DNA of 64,000 bases from Octopus vulgaris (taxonomy: Eukaryota). Each line of letters starts with the position of its first letter. Within the stretch, counting starts at the first letter, position 1. This document shows, in pieces, positions 62,556 through 64,000 of this stretch. The notes below the pieces were generated by a model. It worked only from the letters and a program-made list of their open reading frames with translations. It made no database searches and was not told the DNA's origin. The translations under genes and the position numbers were made by a program. The stretch covers positions 80,600,001 to 80,664,000 of the forward strand of contig OX597823.1 of the NCBI GenBank assembly GCA_951406725.2, in the 5' to 3' direction.

Positions 62556-63452
62556 AACAAAGTTATTTTATTCCACATGGGTAGAAATATAGGACAAACA
62601 GAAGTTGAAAATGCACTGAGAATAGTTAAAATATTTGTTATTAATACATTTAAAGCTTTAACCAGTTTCACAGTTGACATTGATTTTCAAAAAGTTCAAA
62701 GAGAAAGCCGTGGCTTATGTTGCAGCTGTCTTGCTTCTGTCTAGTGTTTAAAGCTTGCCCTATTTTTATGGGGAATTCATGGCTCAAGTTAATATATTAT
62801 TTTGAATAGGTTTCGATTACCGATCAAATTCTATCCAAAACGTACTAGTTTGAACTTTTTGAAAATCAATGTAAATTGTGAAACCGATTAAATCTTTAAA
62901 TATGATAATAAAAAATATTTTAACTATTCTCAGTGCATTTTCAACTTCTATTTCTCCTATATATATATATATATGTGTGTATGTGTCTTTGTGTCTGTGT
63001 TTGTCAGTTTGTCATGTACCATTGCTTGACAACCAGTATTGGTGTGGCTATGTTCATGTAACTTAGTAGTTCAGCAAAAGAAACCAACAGACCTAAAATA
63101 AAAATAAATGCTGAGGTTGATTCATTTAATTAAATTCAAGGTGGTACTCCAGTATGGCTGTAGCCCAATGACTGAAAAAGATAATAAACTCAGCCAGTTA
63201 TCTATTTTATGAAGAATAATAACACACAAATTGAAAAGTAAGTTGAATTGCTTATCCTTTAATTATAATAAACTGCAATTTCAGGTGGACCAAAATTTGA
63301 AAAAAGAAGCCAGAAGGCAACGTGCTGTTTTCAAACTTGCTAACAGGTTGTTGCAGACTGCCAGGAACTCTCAACTTGATAACGAAAGTCTTTGTGTCTA
63401 CCTTGGAAGTCTTAAGAGTCAGTATGATGCAGATTTACAAGATGAAGAATGA
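5741..63452 (+). CDS. MSH4: MutS homolog 4 (meiotic crossover factor), 3' part: 16 coding exons, 478 aa; the 5' exons lie upstream of the window
   Basis: Hand-spliced exons with GT-AG ends and matching phases give one ORF ([14 protein letters not shown]...[38 protein letters not shown]...GPNMSGKST...DELGRGT...[22 protein letters not shown]...stop). It is colinear with human MSH4 as I recall it ([52 protein letters not shown]). Confidence 0.97.
7049..7061 (+). CDS. MSH4: MSH4 microexon b (13 nt) PNIN-G
   Basis: Long T tract + tgtag|CCAAATATAAATG|gtaagt; supplies the xNINx peptide and the phase 0-to-1 shift needed between exons a and c. Confidence 0.9.
10514..10946 (+). mobile_element. tRNA-derived SINE family A (internal (TA)/(TG) microsatellite), representative copy
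   Basis: Head TGGCTGTGTGGTAAG...GGTTCAGTCCC (Pol III A/B-box-like), CACCTTGGGCAAGT core, tail TGACTGAAACAAGTAAAAGAG. Many full or partial copies, e.g. 18776+, 19313-, 24425-, 32094+, 36770+, 39830-, 40995+, 62350+. Confidence 0.85.
11060..11350 (+). mobile_element. RTE-like LINE 3' relic
   Basis: Translates as [25 protein letters not shown], resembling the RRLxxAGHxxR...LLWxP C-terminus of RTE-type ORFs. Confidence 0.6.
12148..12350 (+). mobile_element. CRE/NeSL-like (RLE) non-LTR 3' relic
   Basis: Translates as [13 protein letters not shown] ... [10 protein letters not shown], matching the P.AVET.G / ISxxIQRGN C-terminal motifs. Confidence 0.55.
12726..12779 (+). CDS. MSH4: MSH4 exon c (54 nt) (G)[17 protein letters not shown]
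   Basis: tttacag| ... |gtaatt; phase 1/1. Confidence 0.95.
13041..13432 (-). mobile_element. Non-autonomous Helitron
   Basis: On the - strand starts A|TCTTTATATATAAAG and ends with a GC-rich hairpin plus CTAG|T; no TSD. Confidence 0.8.
13717..13901 (+). CDS. MSH4: MSH4 exon d (185 nt) (E)[24 protein letters not shown]...FTTVDL
   Basis: aattag| ... |gtaagt; phase 1/0; overlaps ORF 13719. Confidence 0.95.
15157..15169 (+). CDS. MSH4: MSH4 microexon e (13 nt) IKLN-(D)
   Basis: tttttttgcag|ATAAAACTCAATG|gtaagt; supplies the conserved IKxN peptide and the phase 0-to-1 shift. Confidence 0.9.
15347..15555. mobile_element. piggyBac-type MITE nested in a SINE
   Basis: TTAA|CCCTTTCATTAC ... GGG|TTAA; body is the reverse complement of the copy at 37780-37993. 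Confidence 0.8.
16650..17642 (+). mobile_element. Decayed mariner transposase copy
   Basis: Broken frames encode TYDESW..YDPETK and [16 protein letters not shown] (YSPDLAP motif); TIR-like end ...AAACTTTTGGAATGCACCTTG|TA. Confidence 0.88.
17880..17925 (+). CDS. MSH4: MSH4 exon f (46 nt) (D)[14 protein letters not shown]
   Basis: ttttcacag| ... |gtaagt; phase 1/2. Confidence 0.94.
18776..19714. mobile_element. Tail-to-tail inverted pair of family A SINEs (18776-19178 +, 19313-19714 -)
   Basis: Two near-full-length, highly similar copies about 135 bp apart in opposite orientation. Confidence 0.88.
22429..22553 (+). CDS. MSH4: MSH4 exon g (125 nt) (I)[41 protein letters not shown]
   Basis: ttttccag| ... 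|gtaagt; phase 2/1. Confidence 0.95.
27186..28547 (-). mobile_element. R4/Dong-like non-LTR retrotransposon relic, internally deleted
   Basis: [12 protein letters not shown] (RT), then EHD..., RPDI...LIDMT, KLSKY (restriction-like endonuclease); 3' end abuts a (TAA)n tract. Confidence 0.8.
28816..29185 (+). mobile_element. Helentron-associated non-autonomous element (HINE/DINE-1-like)
   Basis: 5' TTATTACCTCTGCC..GGCGGAGGT subterminal IR, (GTTT)n tract, 3' GGCAGAAGT IR copy plus GCGCTCTCTGAGTGC stem-loop, T-rich flanks. Confidence 0.7.
31074..31199. mobile_element. hAT (Charlie-like) MITE
   Basis: TIR CAGTGGTTCCC/GGGAACCACTG with a perfect 8-bp TSD CACTAAGC (31066-31073, 31200-31207). Confidence 0.88.
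33340..33489. mobile_element. Short mariner-like MITE fragment
   Basis: Ends in ...CTTTTCAGCACCACCTCA|TA, a mariner-like TIR. Confidence 0.5.
34139..34308. repeat. Loop-less imperfect palindrome (85-bp arms) in an insert (34081-34310) flanked by a TTTTGTTTCA direct repeat
   Basis: Centre TCTCCAG|CTGGAGA; ends GTAAAGATTATTTGCCAA/TTGGCAAATAATCTTTAC. Confidence 0.9.
34828..34922 (+). CDS. MSH4: MSH4 exon h (95 nt) (T)[31 protein letters not shown]
   Basis: atttcag| ... |gtaaat; phase 1/0; RHP motif at the start of the MutS ATPase domain. Confidence 0.95.
36390..36676. mobile_element. Solo LTR, probably Ty3/Gypsy
   Basis: TGTAG...CTACA inverted ends, 4-bp TSD ATAC on both sides, GC-richer than the flanks, 287 bp. 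Confidence 0.8.
36770..37162 (+). mobile_element. Young full-length family A SINE
   Basis: Starts GGCGCAGGAGTGG, CpGs retained, flanked by direct repeat ATAGTATA; ends about 55 nt before exon i. Confidence 0.88.
37219..37266 (+). CDS. MSH4: MSH4 exon i (48 nt) [16 protein letters not shown]
   Basis: tttttcag| ... |gtaagt; first half of Walker A. Confidence 0.95.
37780..37993. mobile_element. piggyBac-type MITE with the same TIR as the 4591 element
   Basis: TTAA|CCCTTTTGTTAC ... GTAACGAAAGGG; more decayed relatives near 12005-12145, 34040-34490 and 57873-58080. Confidence 0.8.
39266..39433 (+). CDS. MSH4: MSH4 exon j (168 nt) [25 protein letters not shown]...NASTFMLE
   Basis: tttacag| ... 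|gtgaga; second half of Walker A and the STF motif. Confidence 0.96.
40331..40938. repeat. Old, diverged fold-back, arms about 290 bp
   Basis: ACACAATTACAAAA/TTTTGTAATTGTGT, ATGCCATGTGTCCCCAAGCAA/TTGCTTGGAGACACATGGCAT, CCTCTTTGACAGTAGAAACCATAATTA/TAATTATGGATTCTACAGTCAAAGAGG. Confidence 0.85.
42055..42127 (+). CDS. MSH4: MSH4 exon k (73 nt) [24 protein letters not shown]
   Basis: tttcag| ... |gtaaga; Walker B DELGRG; phase 0/1. Confidence 0.96.
43310..43552 (+). mobile_element. 3' UTR/tail of an L1/Tx1-like LINE
   Basis: Pyrimidine-rich UTR ending TCTGTGTTCAGCCCTGTGTAGCTAATAAAGAAA; clade assignment is a guess. Confidence 0.5.
45280..45768 (-). mobile_element. Tc1/mariner-superfamily transposase relic
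   Basis: [25 protein letters not shown]...[14 protein letters not shown]: first two catalytic Asp motifs, frame-disrupted. Confidence 0.82.
45769..45926. repeat. Fold-back, 65-bp arms, 28-nt spacer; the element continues to about 46078
   Basis: TTCTGACTTAT...GGTATGCCAAG / CTTGGCATACC...ATAAGTCAGAA. Confidence 0.92.
45871..45939 (+). ncRNA. Putative decayed type-I hammerhead ribozyme
   Basis: Stem I CCTG/CAGG; core TTGACAA (TTGACGA in the mirror arm); stem II GACTT/AAGTC extended by TAGCAA/TTGCTA; GAAA-C-AATG-G-TC, i.e. a GUC cleavage triplet. Confidence 0.55.
47362..47426 (+). CDS. MSH4: MSH4 exon l (65 nt) (G)[21 protein letters not shown]
   Basis: tttaaag| (AAG acceptor) ... |gtatga; phase 1/0. 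Confidence 0.94.
47554..48448. mobile_element. Mariner derivative with both ends made from the 5' end (about 270-bp inverted arms)
   Basis: TIR GGTCTGATCAATAAGTATCCGGACTG vs CAGTCCAGATACTTGTTGATCAAACCTCG|TA; - strand encodes a mariner HTH segment ([29 protein letters not shown]...SGRP). Confidence 0.85.
49136..49206 (+). CDS. MSH4: MSH4 exon m (71 nt) [23 protein letters not shown]
   Basis: tttacag| ... |gtaagt; TH (H-loop) motif; phase 0/2. Confidence 0.95.
49719..49968. repeat. Fold-back, arms about 120 bp, followed by (TA)n
   Basis: ATGCCTCACGCTATGAGGGACTCTTAAAGT / ACTTTAAGAGTCCCTCATAGCGTGAGGCAT; centre CCAACCCTTAAAA..TTTTAAGGGTTGG. Confidence 0.92.
52751..53423 (-). mobile_element. CR1/L2-group LINE, 5'-truncated, open C-terminal frame plus 3' UTR
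   Basis: [15 protein letters not shown]...[10 protein letters not shown]...[14 protein letters not shown]. Confidence 0.88.
54165..54559 (-). mobile_element. Non-autonomous Helitron with the same ends as the 13041 copy
   Basis: 5' TCTTTATATATAAAAG; 3' CCCGAGCAACGCCGGGCGATACTGCTAG; partial relatives at 60700-60846 (+, 3' end) and about 55925-56130 (-, 5' end). Confidence 0.82.
54728..54986. repeat. Fold-back, arms about 118 bp, spacer about 20 nt, between (TA)n tracts
   Basis: AAGCCATTTAAGAAACACACAAAAACCGTTA / TAACGGTTTTTGTGTGTTTCTTAAATGGCTT; TCGCTTTGAGACCGCGACCTGTT / AACAGGTCGCGGTCTCAAAGCGA. Confidence 0.94.
54858..54908 (+). ncRNA. Putative minimal type-I hammerhead ribozyme (G3-C8 core variant)
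   Basis: Stem I TTTGTCA/TGGCAAA; core GTGAACA+G; stem II GTCGC-(9 nt)-GCGAC; GAAA; palindromic stem III AATATT; UU site. Confidence 0.6.
55335..55612 (+). repeat. Tandem array of three related units (about 105-115 bp period)
   Basis: AGAC.TGGTAGAAA.AGCAGCCAAAT.TCCC.CAAATCACACCTTACTGTCTTAT occurs three times. Confidence 0.85.
56985..57224. repeat. Near-perfect fold-back, arms about 118 bp, 3-nt loop, between (TA)n tracts
   Basis: ATATTAAGCAATTAAGGGTTTAGCAA...CTCAGTAAAAACACA-GCA-TGTGTTTTTACTGAG...TTGCTAAACCCTTAATTGCTTAATAT. Confidence 0.95.
57420..57782 (+). mobile_element. SINE family C ((GAT)n-tailed) with internal 55-60-bp tandem units
   Basis: Three copies of CTCGTCTGGCACCTGTG.CGGTG.CACATAAAA, then GGAGTGGTTGGCGTTAGGAAGGGCATC...GGACGTTAAAC(GAT)n; relatives at 32990-33336, 46465-46745, 61157-61400 (-). 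Confidence 0.8.
58325..58428 (+). CDS. MSH4: MSH4 exon n (104 nt) (N)[34 protein letters not shown]
   Basis: ttttttag| ... |gtatgt; phase 2/1. Confidence 0.93.
58623..59056 (-). mobile_element. CR1/L2-group LINE 3' fragment inserted in a SINE
   Basis: [25 protein letters not shown]; tail of short tandem (TTAAC)n; interrupts the SINE at about 58482-59235. Confidence 0.85.
59487..59575 (+). CDS. MSH4: MSH4 exon o (89 nt) (G)[29 protein letters not shown]
   Basis: tttgtaag| ... |gtaatt; MutS C-terminal helix-turn-helix pattern (YGxxxA...P..V...A); phase 1/0. Confidence 0.92.
62588..62961. repeat. Inverted repeat (arms about 112 bp, spacer about 148 bp) inside the (TA)n of a family A SINE
   Basis: AGAAGTTGAAAATGCACTGAGAATAGTTAAAATATTT / AAATATTTTAACTATTCTCAGTGCATTTTCAACTTCT. 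Confidence 0.9.
63285..63452 (+). CDS. MSH4: MSH4 terminal exon p, [55 protein letters not shown]
   Basis: atttcag| ... TGA; MSH4-specific C-terminus. Confidence 0.94.
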   Translation: MDQNLKKEARRQRAVFKLANRLLQTARNSQLDNESLCVYLGSLKSQYDADLQDEE

Positions 63453-63703
63453 AACGTGAACTTTTTAATTGTATTTTTTATTGTTTTCTTCAGTTTCATT
63501 TTGAATTTTCTGTGATATTTTAAGATTATTTACATTACTTTTTAAAAAAGATTTCTATTTCTCTCTCTCTCCACACACACTCACACACACACACACATAT
63601 ATATATAAACATATCAAAGGGAAATGGAAATTAATTAAAATTTTCAATTCCAGTAGCCTAACATGTAAAAATTTAGTTCAAAAAGACTATGTATTAATCA
63701 TTA

Positions 63704-63966
63704 ATATACAGTGTACATTTAAACACATAAGGAATTCACTCATGGGATTCAACGTGCTAGAAAGAACAGCTAGATTCTATAACCACAAAAATTAGGGAAA
63801 AATTCGACAGGAACGAAATGAAAAATAAAAACATTTTACCTTATTTTTCATTTCGTTCCTGTCGAATTTTATCCCTAATTTTTGTGGTTATAGAACCTAG
63901 CTGTTCTTTCTAGCGTGTTGAATCCCACAAGTGGATTCCTTATGTGTTTAAATGTACACTGTATAT
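63704..63966. repeat. Fold-back, arms about 125 bp, 12-nt loop, about 250 nt after the MSH4 stop
   Basis: ATATACAGTGTACATTTAAACACATAAGGAAT / ATTCCTTATGTGTTTAAATGTACACTGTATAT; the right arm resembles 45955-46078. Confidence 0.94.
63824..63829 (+). terminator. Candidate MSH4 poly(A) signal
   Basis: First AATAAA after the stop codon, followed by U/GU-rich sequence; an ATTAAA at 63634 is an alternative. Confidence 0.35.
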
Positions 63967-64000
63967 ATATATATATAGTATAAACAAAAAACACAAAAAA

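Noticed and set aside
1-64000. Most ORF-track entries ([16 protein letters not shown], poly-I/M/H peptides and recurring [10 protein letters not shown] / GLNPEPCG peptides)
   Set aside because: They are translations of microsatellites and SINE copies, with no splice or homology support

Overview
AT-rich, microsatellite-dense eukaryotic genomic DNA. The SINE repertoire looks like octopus/coleoid cephalopod (recognised from memory, not searched). The only intact host gene is the 3' part of MSH4 (meiotic MutS-gamma) on the + strand: 16 GT-AG coding exons from 5741 to the stop at 63452. They splice by hand into one open frame of 1437 nt (478 aa + stop) with the MutS ATPase motifs GPNMSGKST, STFMLE, DELGRG and TH. 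Two of the exons are 13-nt microexons. The introns hold tRNA-type SINEs, piggyBac, mariner/Tc1, hAT, Helitron/Helentron, several LINE relics and a solo LTR. Nearly all ORF-track entries are spurious translations of repeats. The most unusual signal is a set of about 9 long fold-back elements (arms about 60-290 bp), many embedded in (TA)n tracts. At least two carry type-I hammerhead-ribozyme-like folds on the gene's sense strand, one with a compensatory G3-C8 core swap, and each sits just downstream of its own antisense arm. These are probably Penelope-like retroelement ends. One fold-back lies just after the MSH4 stop and has the first canonical AATAAA at its apex.
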